Shown in pieces: positions 13,781 through 26,765 of a stretch of DNA of 64,000 nt. Location of the stretch: assembly GCA_964016885.1 (NCBI GenBank), contig OZ024745.1:77934001-77998000 (forward strand), given 5' to 3'. Position numbers and translations under genes: made by a program. The stretch's first letter is position 1. Every line of letters starts with the position of its first letter. A model generated the notes under the pieces. That model worked only from the letters and a program-made list of their open reading frames with translations, was not told the origin of the DNA and ran no database searches. This DNA comes from Eledone cirrhosa (lineage: Eukaryota).

Positions 13781-15300
13781 TGTACCTACCAAATATGAAT
13801 ACAGTTGGGTGTCATATTTAATATATTGGGAAGGACATTTTCGATCAATTTAAATTATCTAAATCCCCCTGGAGGACGATTTTCCCTTGATAATTTCAGT
13901 TGTTCGAATTTTCAAATCAATTACGGGATCTAATGTATACATATTCATGTTTTCTTTTGCTCATGTTTGCATTATTTTCATGTTTTAAGTGATCGTTCGA
14001 AGGAAGAAACCAAGCAAGAATGCTGATATTCTTTCTGAAAAAGTTTAGAACAACACAATGTGAATTGATGAGAAAGTGGGCTAGATCAGGATGAAAGTTA
14101 TACTGAATGAGCTATGAATATTAGTGGAATGCGGTAAATAAAAGTATCTCTTTACGAAAAGATTTAGCCAAAGCCGTCCACTTAAATGTGTCAATATTCA
14201 GCAGTTGTGACTAGAGATATGAAGCAGAAATATCTCAACAATAATCTCTTTGCCTCTCTCACACTTTCTCACTCTTTCACTCTCCTTCTACTCCCTCTGT
14301 TCCTCGTCTCTCTTCTTTCTTACGCTGTCTCCCAACTCTTATATTTTCTTGTAGTCTGTTAGTATTTTAAATTGCTTTTTCATCATTCATTAATTTCCCT
14401 GTTCCTCCTCCTTCCGCTTGCTCTGTCAGCATCTTCCAACCCCTTTCTATTTCTGTATTCCTGCGTCACTGTATATTTGTTGCTCTCTCATTCTCGGTCT
14501 CACTCACTCACTAATTAATCTTTTTTTCCTAATTGTCTTATCGCTGTGAGTTTTCTATATGAGCGACGAGGAAGACGCGATGGCAAAACAATAAATAAAA
14601 TAAAATAAAATAAAATAAGTAAAAAATGCAAACGATATTAAAGGATCAAATAATTGTTTGGAAAGGAAATTTGTTAGACAGCATGTATGAAGTAAATAAA
14701 TGATGCCACGAAGAAACAGATTGGAAAAGAAAAAAAAAATAGAAAAATAAACGCAGACGTAGAATATCAGAAATATTTAAAATCCGGTGTATAATTTGAT
14801 TGTTATGATAAGATGGAGGCGGAGTGATGCAATGATCTAAATGACCAGATATATAGCACTGAAGGTTATTTCCGTTTAAAAGGTCTGGTTACCGTCTTAT
14901 GTTTTGCCTGGTATAAATCACGAGATATAGCATGTCTGCAAATATATTTTCGCCTGCTCTTTAAAGAAGTTCTACTTCGCCTATATTATCCTCAGGCAGC
15001 TAAAATCTTATGAATATATAAACTGTATTGTCTATGTCCAAAATGGTAGAAAGAGCAAAGGGATTTACGGGTCCGTATACATGATTAGACACAAGTGAGC
15101 AATAAGTACATGACTAGAGACAGGTAATAAAGTATGTAAATGAAGTCCACAATGTATTGTTTGTAAAGTAGCACATTACATTCATTGTTCACAGTTACGG
15201 CGAACCATAACTGCATAAAATTGTATTCGCAATATAAGGAATCACTCGGTCTAAGTCATTTAATACTTGTTTAACTCTTGCCTACTTGGTATTATTATCA

Positions 15301-15470
15301 GTGGATTGGCAGTATCGGTAGAGGGTGGGATGCCATGCTTTGTAGCATAGAGTTACGCCCCTTTATGGGTCAAATCCCACCGAGGTTAACTTTGCCTTTA
15401 ATCCTTAGATAAAATAAAGTACCAGTAATGCACTGGGATAATTGCTGGCCTTGTGCCAAAAGTAGAAACA
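15301..15470 (+). mobile_element. tRNA-derived SINE
   Basis: A-box-like tggcagtatcgg, B-box-like ggtcaaatcc, TSD attattatcagt. Confidence 0.85.
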
Positions 15471-15639
15471 ATTATTATCAGTTTGATTTTGAGCAAGACG
15501 GTATAGCAACTACAAATATTTAACAAATAATAGATATCCAGTAGTCAGGTACTGGGGTTAATTATATCAACTGTTCTTGCTTTGTGCTTAAGAAAGAAAT
15601 TAATATTAAACATGTAAATCCTCTCATAGTTTCTGTATG

Positions 15640-16460
15640 TATGAGCTTTCAATTTATATAAACCAAAATATATTTTCATTGAATAGAAAACTCCCTCCCA
15701 GACACCAACACCTACCCACACACATCACACACCCACACCAAACACAAACACAACTGACACAACACCATTTCCACCACCACCCAAAACTGGTAACACAACC
15801 ACGATCCACACCACCATCAACCCTTCCACAGCCATAACGAACTACAATCAAAAGAAAACACACGAACACAAAATCAACAGCAAACAAAACCACATACAGA
15901 AAACTTCGTATTTGTAAGAAGGGCCAGCGAAGAACTGATGGCACTCATATCAAGAAGAAAAGAGATTGAGGCAAAGGGGGAGATTTTGGGGACCAGCTCA
16001 TTTAAAGTGCTTGAATCTCTAATAATGGTGAGAATCTCGCTGGATACATACCAAGGCATTACGGAAAGCTTTCTGCATGGCGAAGGGACCACTGTAAGAT
16101 CACCTGTAGGCTTTTATAAAGGTTCCCAAAAGCGAAGGTTGACAGGGGATCGACAATAACAGGTGGTAGGGTACTCTCAAGAGAGGGATTAGAATAGAAT
16201 CAATAGTTTTTAGAAAAGAAGTGGCAATAAAAAAAAATAGAAATGTGAGGGAGTTAGAAGGTTAATTAGAAGAGGTGATTAGATGCGCAATTGCAACCGG
16301 AGTGCTAGCGGCGAGAATGACATTAAAAAATTTCTTCTATGCGAAACACGAAGGTTGCATTGTCAAGGTAAGGCGTGTGTTCTAAGAAACTAGGGAACGA
16401 AAGCTTTTCCGTGGCCCGAGGAGAAGAGTCGCAGCGTGGCAACAAAATCACAAACTGGTC
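15640..16460 (+). mobile_element. Decayed Tx1-like LINE fragment
   Basis: gcgaaacacgaaggttgcattgtc (AKHEGCIV) and ctagggaacgaa (LGNE) match ORF2 of the element at 50-54 kb; CA-rich segment resembles its ORF1 end. Confidence 0.65.
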
Positions 16461-17599
16461 TTGAGAATACTTCTTAAATCATTTCTAAAAATATAATAAA
16501 TGATAAAATGATTTAAACGTATTATTATGTGCGTGTAGAAAAAAAAAGAAAAAGGATAGGTAATATATATATTGATTGGTTGTACTAAACTCAATTAGCA
16601 ATGTAGAAACCAAAAGATCCGCTTTAAGAAATGTTAAAAATAATTATTTCAAGACACTTGATTCTACCGGGCTTCTAATTATCTCCTCTATTTAACGCTT
16701 TAAATTTATGGGATCTATTTCGCCGTTGAAGAGTAGAAGTTTATCATAGGCAATTTTTCCTGGCATTCTGCTACTTATTCTGACAGCTCTTTGAAAACAT
16801 TATCTCTTTCCTACAGACATAACAAATTATCTGCCTGTGGATTCAAATCCCAACTATTGTAATAATACTCTATTACCGTATCTTCTGTTAGTCTTTCGTT
16901 ACAAGAAACAAATTACTGCGTTAAAATTCCTTTTTCCATTAAGGTTCCATGCAATTGAAGAATGTCTTGGAGTAAAGAAACTTTCCTAAATGGCAGTATG
17001 TGACATGGTTTCCATTCTCGATATTCTATACTTCTCTTTATATATTCCATAAAATGCCACAGCCAGTCATAGCCCAGCGCTTTAAATTTAAGATTCTTCG
17101 TCTACGTGAAAAATTAAGTCCGTTGTAAAGATGGTTTGACTTTCATGTGAATCATATTTGACAGTTATGAAAATCATATATATATATATATATATACTAT
17201 GTAAAAATAAGACATTCTTATTATTTGAACCGTTGACTTGAGTTTTGATATTGTATAGGCCTGCGAATGAAAACAAATATAAATTGCTCATCCCATTTAC
17301 AGAACATACTTTACAATTATATCAAGTCAATACACGCCGTATATATGTGTGTGTGTGCCCACACATGTATGTGTGTGAGCATTTTGAATGTGTTTCAGAC
17401 TTTACATTGATTTTATATACTAATTTATTCTTCATTGCAACTGTTAAAAATGAATAATATTTCTTCATCGTTATATTAATATTTAATATTACATTATGTT
17501 CCTTGGAGATTAGGTAACTCCTAATAGTGCTGAAGTAAGATCGGTATATATTACTCTAAACTGAAATCACATTTTTCAGAAATTTCAAGTGTCTCCCAT

Positions 17600-18500
17600 G
17601 TTCCACAAAAGCTGGAGCTTCAAATCAAAATTTAATGTTTACAACTTTATACGATATTCATCACACAGCTAATAATCACAGCAAGATAATCTTGCTCTGT
17701 GTCTGAATTTATTGTGTTCATCACTATTATCACCAACTATTATCATTTTTAATAAATTCATGAACTTTCTGAGCGTAGTAAAATATTATTAAAAGTCAGA
17801 GGGTCTGTATGTGGGGACTGCTGTTGCATTCTATAAAGAACGGCTTCGGAACCCACTGTGTTGATTTTCAAGTGAAGATACGTTAAGATGCTTTCATGTT
17901 GCCTTCTCGGAGTATGTGAACGTAATTGAGAATTTTTTCAAAAGCCAAACGAAACTTTTATATAATATGCATTTTCCCTAATCCTTATCTGTTGATGGAT
18001 CATCTGTATGCCTCAATGTTCGTTCTTTATATATTTAGTGAGAGCTACATTTTCCTCAACTCCGAGGAAGTGTAGGAATAAGACAAATTTCTGCAATGCG
18101 GCAAGACAAACAAGTTATTTTTGGTATCAATAGGATGGACTAAAATATTTGAAGGTTCTTATTTTTGGTCATTCATAAGATGTAGGAGCCCGAAAGTTGT
18201 GGGAGGGAGGGAGGAAATAGTAATATTCATACATTTTTCAATGTTTGTAGCATTGTACTTGAGCGGAAACAGCTACAATAACGAATTGAAGCTGGGGCGT
18301 CTACTGTTCTGAAAAGAGTTAAGAGCAATTTCAATTAATATCTTCAAGAACACTTAACCTAAACTATGTCAATGCCATGATTCCCAGCTCTATGCTAGCG
18401 ATAATTATCCTCCTGAATACGTTGAAAAAAATGTTTACATCCTTCCAGTGTAGATCTTCAGAGATATGAGTGAAGCGTGAAGAGAGACATGTATTCATTC
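17600..18500 (-). mobile_element. Possible highly decayed hAT (Charlie/Buster-like) transposase relic
   Basis: Only short remnants, such as WVPKPF resembling WVRNPF. Confidence 0.25.
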
Positions 18501-18747
18501 ATAGTTTCTACAAAATCTGCTCTTGATGTGTGGAAAATATATAAAGTAATATTGTTGGAATTCAATCAGCTGCGCTGTAACTGTTAATGAAGGACTGTGA
18601 GGGTAAATTAATTATTAATTATTCATGCAATACTAAGTAAATACACCCAATATAGAGAGTGTGGCTAGTTCATAGACTGCTCGCTAAATTATTTCAGCTT
18701 TATGTATGATATAGTTTAACTTACACACATATGCATGTATGTATAAG

Positions 18748-19282
<535 letters not shown>

Positions 19283-19283
19283 A

Positions 19284-19445
19284 CACTGTAAATGTGGTTG
19301 GTGTTAGGAAGGGCATCCAACTGTAGAAAACCCGCCAGACAGTCCTATGCGAGCAAGACAACCACTCTTGCCTCAAGTGGGAAAACCCCCGTCCAAACCC
19401 ATGCAAGCGTGGAACACGGACGCTAAACCTGATGATGATGATGAT
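19284..19445 (+). mobile_element. SINE/LINE 3' portion with (GAT)n tail
   Basis: ggttggtgttaggaagggcatcca..aacccatgcaagcgtggaacacggacgctaaa..gatgatgatgat; typical RTE-mobilised tail. Confidence 0.6.
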
Positions 19446-19752
19446 ATATGTGCAGAGGTGGTGGAAGCATTTCAGAATTGGGGGTTGGAAAGTAAATTTG
19501 GTTAATTTAGTTGTAGTGATTAGTTTAGCTCTTTTTACTCTGAAATGGTCAGAAAACTTTGATATGCGATAGACATAATATGGACATAAATTGTAGCGCA
19601 TAACCAAATAGATGTGTGCTTTGGTAGTTTGGGGAGATATATATATATAATTTTTAAAAACTAGGCTCTGTACCTATCCTAAGCAGTTAATAGATCAAGC
19701 TTAGCATTTGGTAAGAAACTGGTATCATACCCAATTTCTTCACCTCTTACGC

Positions 19753-19925
19753 ATTCATTTATTATGGCTGTTGGTGGGCTTTGTTACTCTAAAGTTTCAC
19801 CTACGCACTCACAGGATCACCAGTCTTGTCTGATGATCCTGTGAGTACCCAGTTGAAACTCCAGAGTAACAAGGCTCATCACAGCCATAATAAATGAATA
19901 TTTAAACTCTACTTCAGTATTGGCT
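19753..19925 (+). mobile_element. Fold-back insert, family M (PLE-type terminus)
   Basis: Arms 19753-19823 / 19829-19899 plus tail; the tail recurs at 59620-59660. Confidence 0.75.
19825..19873 (+). ncRNA. Hammerhead ribozyme motif, type I minimal
   Basis: cttgt-CTGATGA-tcctgtgagtacccagtt-GAAA-ctccagag-TA-acaag; stem I perfect, GUA cleavage triplet, weak stem II. Confidence 0.75.
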
Positions 19926-19944
19926 TTTGGGATCCGAAAGTACC

Positions 19945-20590
19945 ATCAAACTCTCCTCCTCTCTATGTCTATCACAAAAAACTCTCTTTAAATCACCCTC
20001 TCTGTATCTAGTAAAACCAAACTCCCCCTCTCTATATCTACCACGACACCAACTCTCTTATCCGCCTCTCTATATCTAACACTAATACACTCATCCATCT
20101 CTATAAATATCTACACTTATCTCTCCCAATCCCCCTGTCGAAATCAATCACCCCTAAACTCTCCTACTCTCTATATCTACTACACGGCACTCTCTCATTA
20201 TCCCTCTCTCTATATACCTGCAACCACCAAATTATCCCCCTCTCTATATCTAACATACAAAACACTCTCCCAATCTCCCTCTTTATATCAATCATATCCT
20301 AACCTTCCCCATCACCATCTCTTTCAGACTCTGTCGTAAACGTTCCCTCTATATCCATCACAAACTACCCCCTCTCTATATCTTTTACGACAATACCTCA
20401 TCCAGCCCCCCCCCCCCTCTATTTATTTAGCAATATTTATCTCCGCCAACACTCTCATTATATCTACAAGCAGTGAAATTTACCCCTCTCTATATCTACT
20501 ATACGGTACTCTCTTCCAATTACGCTCTCTATCCCAATGAGCACCAAACTCTCCCCCTCTCTATATCTATCTCTCCCATCTATCTCTACA
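19945..20590. repeat. Degenerate minisatellite, core ctccccctctctatatcta
   Basis: Core recurs roughly every 35-40 bp. Confidence 0.8.
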
Positions 20591-20747
20591 TAACATGTAC
20601 ATAAATTGTAGAGCTTATATAAACAGATATATTTCGGTAGTATGGGGAGAAAATATAGTTATAGGGAGGGGGGGGTTATGACTCCACCCTGATACCACCC
20701 CCACTTCCACCCCCACCCACCCCTGATGTGTCTGTATATATATACAC

Positions 20748-20787
<40 letters not shown>

Positions 20788-20791
<4 letters not shown>

Positions 20792-21011
20792 AAAGGTTCA
20801 GGACCCCGACACGGCAGAGCTCAACCCGTTTCGACGGCTATTTCTGGAATGAAATAGCCGTCCAGCTGAAATTCAGTCCAGAAATACCCGTTGAACCGGC
20901 TTGAGCTCTGCCGTCGGGGTCCTGAACCTTTTCCTATTACCCACTCTACTACCCAAAGTATCGAGTACTCTGATGCGTTATGGTCCACCTGGTTCCTTAC
21001 CACACTTCCTT
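20788..21011 (+). mobile_element. Fold-back insert, family H, second copy
   Basis: Arms 20788-20850 / 20877-20935 plus the same ~75-bp tail; (TA)n flanks. Confidence 0.8.
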
Positions 21012-21055
21012 CGTTTTATATAGATAGATATATATATATATATATAAATATATAT

Positions 21056-21933
21056 ATAATAAATGAAGAATTAGAAATAGAAGTTAGGAATATCTGTCAT
21101 CAGTTGTCTACTAGCCATCATAGGTATTTCTTCGCATTACAGACAATATACCTCCAGCTAGGGCGATACAATAACTAAAATAAATTGGGATAGAAAGAGT
21201 TGAGTGGAGAAAGAGAGACAAGTAAACAGACACGAATGGTGAGGCAACGTAAAGAGAGGAAAAAATGAAAAAATCAAGTCAACAATTAAGATATTCCTAA
21301 CTTATATTTCTAATTCTTCAATTATTATACTTAAATGCAACAGCACAGCTCGCCATTTTTTATTCATATATGCTTTCCCCTTCGCTGTCACCTGTCTTTT
21401 TTCTCTTCCCTTACTGCTATCCTCTTTCTCTCTCCTCCTTCTCTCTCCTCCTCTCTCTTACTTTCACTCACCCCCTCTGCTAGTCACCCTCTCTCGGCTA
21501 GCCTCTTCCTCGCACTTTCACTCACTCACTCACTCTCTGCTACTCACCCTCTCCCTCCCTTCCTCCATCGTCCCACACCTTACGAAATTATTTCCTCACT
21601 CACATCCGTACGGCTAAGATGTCTTTACCTTCTCGTCAAAATTCTCCCGTTCCTTATGTTCGAAATGAATTATTGACTTGATGTTTTCATTTTTTCCTCT
21701 CTTTACGTTGCCTCACCATTCGTGTTTGTTTACATGTCTCTCTTTCTCCACCCAACTCTTTCTATCCCAACTTATTTTAGTTATTGTATCGCCCTAGCTG
21801 GAGGTATATTGTCTGTAATGCGAAGAAATACCTATGATGGCTAGTAGACAACTGATGACGGATAGTCCTAACTTCTATTTCTAATTCTTCATTTATTATA
21901 CTTAATTGCAACAACACAGCTCGCCATTCTTTA

Positions 21934-21940
<7 letters not shown>
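21056..21940 (+). mobile_element. Non-coding ~570-bp unit with ~80-bp terminal direct repeat plus inverted partial copy (family O)
   Basis: 21056-21285 is the reverse complement of ~21670-21899; 21289-21370 repeats directly at 21861-21940; (TA)n flanks. Confidence 0.8.
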
Positions 21941-21980
<40 letters not shown>

Positions 21981-21992
21981 GTATATATATAC

Positions 21993-22100
21993 ACTCCTCG
22001 TGAATCTCAAGGACCCTGAAAGATATGCCAGTGGGAGCATACGCTCCTGATAGGGCCACCCGTGCTGGAGAGGTCGAAGCGTAGAGGTCAAACTAATGTG
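21993..22100 (+). mobile_element. RTE-type 5' UTR fragment, possible HDV-like ribozyme remnant
   Basis: gaccctg..gggagc-atac-gctcc..agggccaccc..gaggtc..actaatgtg resembles RTE 5' UTRs; complete P1/P2 not found. Confidence 0.4.
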
Positions 22101-22496
22101 AACTAAAACACCTAGAATTTTATCGGCAAGTTGGTCATAATATCACAAGCAAATGAAATTTCTTTATGAGTTAGTGCAGTCATACAAGGCTTGCAAAAAC
22201 ATTCCTGAATAACAGATAGATAAGTTCGTGATTAATTAGCTGCTTACAATTCACAGTCTTATCTGGTAAAAAGAGATTACATCATAATGTTGCAGTAAGT
22301 CACCAACAGATAGACCCCAAGATGAACACCGTAATTATATTTATCATAAATATGATCTCCTATGTATGTGTCAGCATTTCATATGAGTGGTGTGTGTTTA
22401 TGTTGAATTTTACTATTTGAAGAAATGTATACTCAGGATTATTTTTATATAATATCACACTTTATAGTCGCAACACTGTAAATGCTTTTGTGTATG

Positions 22497-22554
<58 letters not shown>

Positions 22555-22710
22555 TATGTCAGATCGCTCTTCAGCGCTACTGGTAACATGTAACCCAGTA
22601 CAGCCTCTGCATGGTCGGATCGTCGGCGACTAAACCGGCAGTCCCACCAAGCTTGCTTGGGGTGGAGGGTGATTTTAGACAGGTTTTACTCGGTTGCATA
22701 TTGAATACAT

Positions 22711-22769
<59 letters not shown>

Positions 22770-22771
22770 TC

Positions 22772-23381
22772 AAAAGTTCTATTTAAAATTGTTGGGATAC
22801 AACAAGTAAATATTTTTATAACTGATATAAAGCACTCGACAAATGTTTGGAGTAGATGTACGATATTAATAAATGGAAACTATATTTATAAAACCATATT
22901 TATTTCATTATACATATTTCAGGGATACCACATTAAATTATGGTATGCCTTCATCTGTTGCTTTCCTTTGTTTTTCTTATTCCTTTGTTTTTCTTATTCC
23001 TTCCTTTTCTTTCTTTTTTATTTCCTCCTATCTTTATCTATCTCTTTCTTTTCTCCATACTTTTCTCTCTCTCTCCGATATTTCTCCAGGTTTTCTTTCT
23101 CTTTTCTTTCTCTCTCTCTGTCTTTGTTCTTTTCTCTTTCTTTCTCTCCGTCTTTTTCTAATTGTGCTTAACACTATGACTTATTATATGAACAAATCAC
23201 TATCCAGACAGCCTCCAAAAGTAATGGTTGTATTTTAAAGGGTACGTCAAACCTATTTGTAAAACTGTTATATATTCTATTTTGTCTGATGAAGGCATAC
23301 CATAATTTAATGTGGTATCCCTGAAATATGTATAATGAAATAAATATGGTTTTATAAATATAGTTTCCATTTATTAATATC

Positions 23382-23385
<4 letters not shown>
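22772..23385 (+). mobile_element. PLE-type terminus, family R, with inverted arm
   Basis: 22858-22955 is the reverse complement of 23288-23385; left arm has a ~85-bp tail; same family as 27327-27785. Confidence 0.8.
23278..23342 (+). ncRNA. Hammerhead ribozyme, type I minimal, intact core
   Basis: tattttgt-CTGATGA-aggcataccata/tgtggtatccct-GAAA-t-atgt-a-TA-atgaaata; all three stems pair. Confidence 0.85.
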
Positions 23386-23440
<55 letters not shown>

Positions 23441-23596
23441 TTAGTGCTCTGAAATAGCGATATATATATGAATGTATATATAGTGTATTTTGCAATACAC
23501 TGTATGCTTAATTAAAAGCATTTTGAAGACCATACGCTATTGTTTTAAAATAGTGACAATGTCAGTTATTTAAATATTCAGCAAACAGGGGAGATA

Positions 23597-23641
23597 AACT
23601 GACAGAGCTCTGTTTCGTACTTTTTGGTACTTATCAAAGTT
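23597..23641 (-). ncRNA. Hammerhead ribozyme, U3-A8 core variant
   Basis: aact-TTGATAA-gtac-caaaaa-gtac-GAAAC-agagctct-GTC-agtt. Confidence 0.75.
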
Positions 23642-23790
23642 CACTACCCCTCCTGTTGGTGAAAATTATGTGTGTTGGATTCTTATAGAATTCCAGTTAC
23701 AATCAGGAAATGACTATACAGAGCGGTCGCCGGGTTGAGTCGGAGGTAACCACAGTAAGTAAGGTACTCAATACATAGCCGTGTATAAAT

Positions 23791-23880
23791 GTTTTAATAT
23801 AGAAGAGCTTCTACAGGAGCTTCCTGATGATTTCTCACGAATGAAACAGTTCTAGTCCTGTAGAAGCTCTTCTATATTAA

Positions 23881-23884
<4 letters not shown>
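23791..23884 (+). ncRNA. Hammerhead motif inside a 28-bp-arm fold-back
   Basis: gcttc-CTGATGA-tttc-tcac-gaat-GAAAC-agttcta-GTC-ctgtagaagc; arms 23791-23818 / 23856-23884; stem I irregular. Confidence 0.6.
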
Positions 23885-23979
<95 letters not shown>

Positions 23980-24189
23980 CATTTCCTAATGGGCATATAG
24001 AGTAAACTAGTTAATTATTTGAAGTAATAGAAAATAAAATCTCGAAGAAAATTTTTTTTTAAAATATACTTTAGTGACGCATACATATTTATATAAACAC
24101 TTACTTGCGTATATATGATTACATATTTTACTAAACCTATGTTCTATGTTTGTTTCTTTTAAAATTACTATATGTTTACTTAGACGGTA

Positions 24190-24750
24190 AAAGCAGTGCA
24201 AAGTTTGAAACCACGTTGGCAATCTGGCCGCAGTCATTTCCCTTTATGGAAAGAACCTTGTATTCAAATAAAAGGAAATTTTGGTATATACATATTTCGT
24301 GGAAAACTTAATATTTATGTATAATTCTATTAAGATATGTTTTGATATCTTCTGATCCATTAAGGCGATGATGATACACATTTTCCAAGATAAATAAATA
24401 TTTTCCCAGATAATGTAGCTCTGCAAACGGAGTAAAAGTAATTTAAAACTCTATTCAGCAAGACCAAATTGTAAACTTAAAGAAAAATATTCAGTGCATT
24501 CACTTGATGCTTAAGGGTGGAGTAGTCTTCTTCCATAAAAACAAATCCGACATATGACACTGAATAACTGAAAATACACAACAATGATAACAAGAATGAT
24601 CCAAATTGACAAACTCTATTGTATAAAAAACTAAAGTCGTATTCGATATGGAATTCTGTTTCAGATGAAATATAAGCATTCAATTATAGAAAATAATGTA
24701 GTACATTCTCAACATCAACATTGTTTATGCCACAATTATGTTATTGATTT
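24190..24750 (-). mobile_element. Possible decayed hAT transposase C-terminus
   Basis: ttacttttactccgtttgcagagctacattatctgggaaaa resembles the LLLPFATTYLCE dimerisation motif with indels. Confidence 0.3.
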
Positions 24751-25177
24751 TTGTTATAAAGTTAACAATGTGAGGAAGTATTGAAGCTTAAAAAGGCAAA
24801 TTATATTAAGAAAGGGAAGTACCAATTCATTAGTTAAATACCTTTCTTTCCTCTGATATATCTCTAAATTATATTTTGTTGTACTGGGGTTGGTTCTTTC
24901 TCTATAAAGCTTTTTCGATTTAAAAAAAAAAAAAAAAAATGTTATAATATGACTATACAATTAAATGTTTAACAAAAAAAAAAAAAATGAAAATTGAATT
25001 GAATCAGGAGACATCACACACACACACACCACACACACATATATATATAGATATTTCAGGAGACATCACACACACACCACACACACATACACACACAGAT
25101 ATATATATATGAATGGCGAGGCTCTATGGCTCCGTTAATTTATCGTGATATATATATATATATGTTTCACGAGACAC

Positions 25178-25215
<38 letters not shown>

Positions 25216-25237
25216 GATATATATAGAGAGAGAGATT

Positions 25238-25420
25238 TCAGGAGACATCAGGATTCGTTCAAGCAGGGGCTTGATGCTAGACTCCGTAACATTCATCAGC
25301 TATAAAAGCCACTCTAGAGATAATGCCTCACTGTTGCTGGTAGTATCCCCAGAGGAATTGTCCCCATTCTTTATATTTAGGCAAACTGGGGTAGTGACAC
25401 TTACAGAAACATAACGTAAC
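25238..25420 (-). mobile_element. Probable non-LTR 3'-end fragment
   Basis: GC-richer island ending gatgtctcctgaaatc at a (GA)/(TA) tract; terminus reiterated nearby. Confidence 0.4.
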
Positions 25421-25596
25421 GGATATTGATAAATACACAACAACAGAGAAATGGAGGGAGTTGGTGAAAGTTTTTTTTTGTTTTTTTTTTTGAGCGGGAG
25501 GGTTTATATGAAACAAATTAATGATGCTCCTTATATTAAGGACACAGAAAATGGGGATCATGTGAAGTATGAACATCGAGCATTATATCATATAGA

Positions 25597-25702
25597 TATC
25601 CCGCCGAGGTCAACTTTGCCTTTCATCCTTACGGGGTCGATAAAATAAAGTACCAGTAATACACTGGGTTATTGCTGGCCTTGTGCCAAAAGTAGAAACA
25701 AT
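25597..25702 (+). mobile_element. tRNA-derived SINE, 5'-truncated
   Basis: Family body; attatatcat repeated on both sides. Confidence 0.8.
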
Positions 25703-26282
25703 TATATCATGCTTTCAGTTGAGATGGGAAGTCGTAGATTTGTAGCGGGATACAATATATGCTTCCTCGGTGGTTTAAGGAAATAAAGTAGAGCGGCGAT
25801 TCATAATATGGAGAGATTAGTAAAAAATACAGAATTATGGATAAAGCAGAAACTTTATGAGATAAAGATTTCACAGGCAAATCACTGAAGACGGATTTCT
25901 AAGTATTGCAAAATATTCCATTATACAAAACAAACTGCCAGCATTCACAATATACAATAATTGTGCAACATTACAAATATATATCTCATTTTCAAGCCAA
26001 ATTAGACAGGATCTGCAACAACTAGCAACTGAATCGCAAATTACAATCCGAAAGTCCTCAAAGGGGAGCGACAAGTTAGATAACATAGACTTAGATATAG
26101 AATGCTTGGGAAAATGGGAGGTAGGCCATGGCTGAATCGCCTTTCATTATGGGTCCACTCATTCAAGGTTGTCAATAGCCCACTACTAAATAATTAATGT
26201 ACGCGCACCTGTCTTGCTTGATTATCTTCTGAGTGACAAGACTCATCACTTAGCCATAATAAAGAATATATCTATATATATA

Positions 26283-26360
<78 letters not shown>

Positions 26361-26374
26361 GCCTTATCTACATC

Positions 26375-26765
26375 TCTACAAAATACCCTATCCTGATACG
26401 ATCTGGATAACCCGAGGCAGTTTGACCACGTCCATATTGGCACATTCGCGAAATCCAGTCGGTATCACTTAGACAGTTAGAAGTACCTGAACAGGTTTGC
26501 GAGGCGTTTACACTCTCCCACGAACTGCTAATCCCACAGAGTCCCAATGCACAGGGTTCCTTCAAAAGACGAATGCCTCAGATTTCGCAGCACTGATTTT
26601 CATTTCATCCATGCAACACTCGGCATCAAAGTATTTGAATGCAAATCGGAGATCACCTTCTGTTGCATTAAGTAACACTATGTCGTCTGCAAATTCTTGC
26701 TGACTGATTTTACACCCACCAATCATGATACCACTTCCAATCCGGCTGTGCTTGTCAATCCTGTT
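26375..26765 (-). pseudogene. RTE-like reverse transcriptase fragment
   Basis: IGGCKISQQEFADDIVLL..MKISAAKSE. Confidence 0.75.

Noticed and set aside
22557-22712. GC-rich island between microsatellites
   Set aside because: Probably a repeat fragment, but no family or structure could be assigned.
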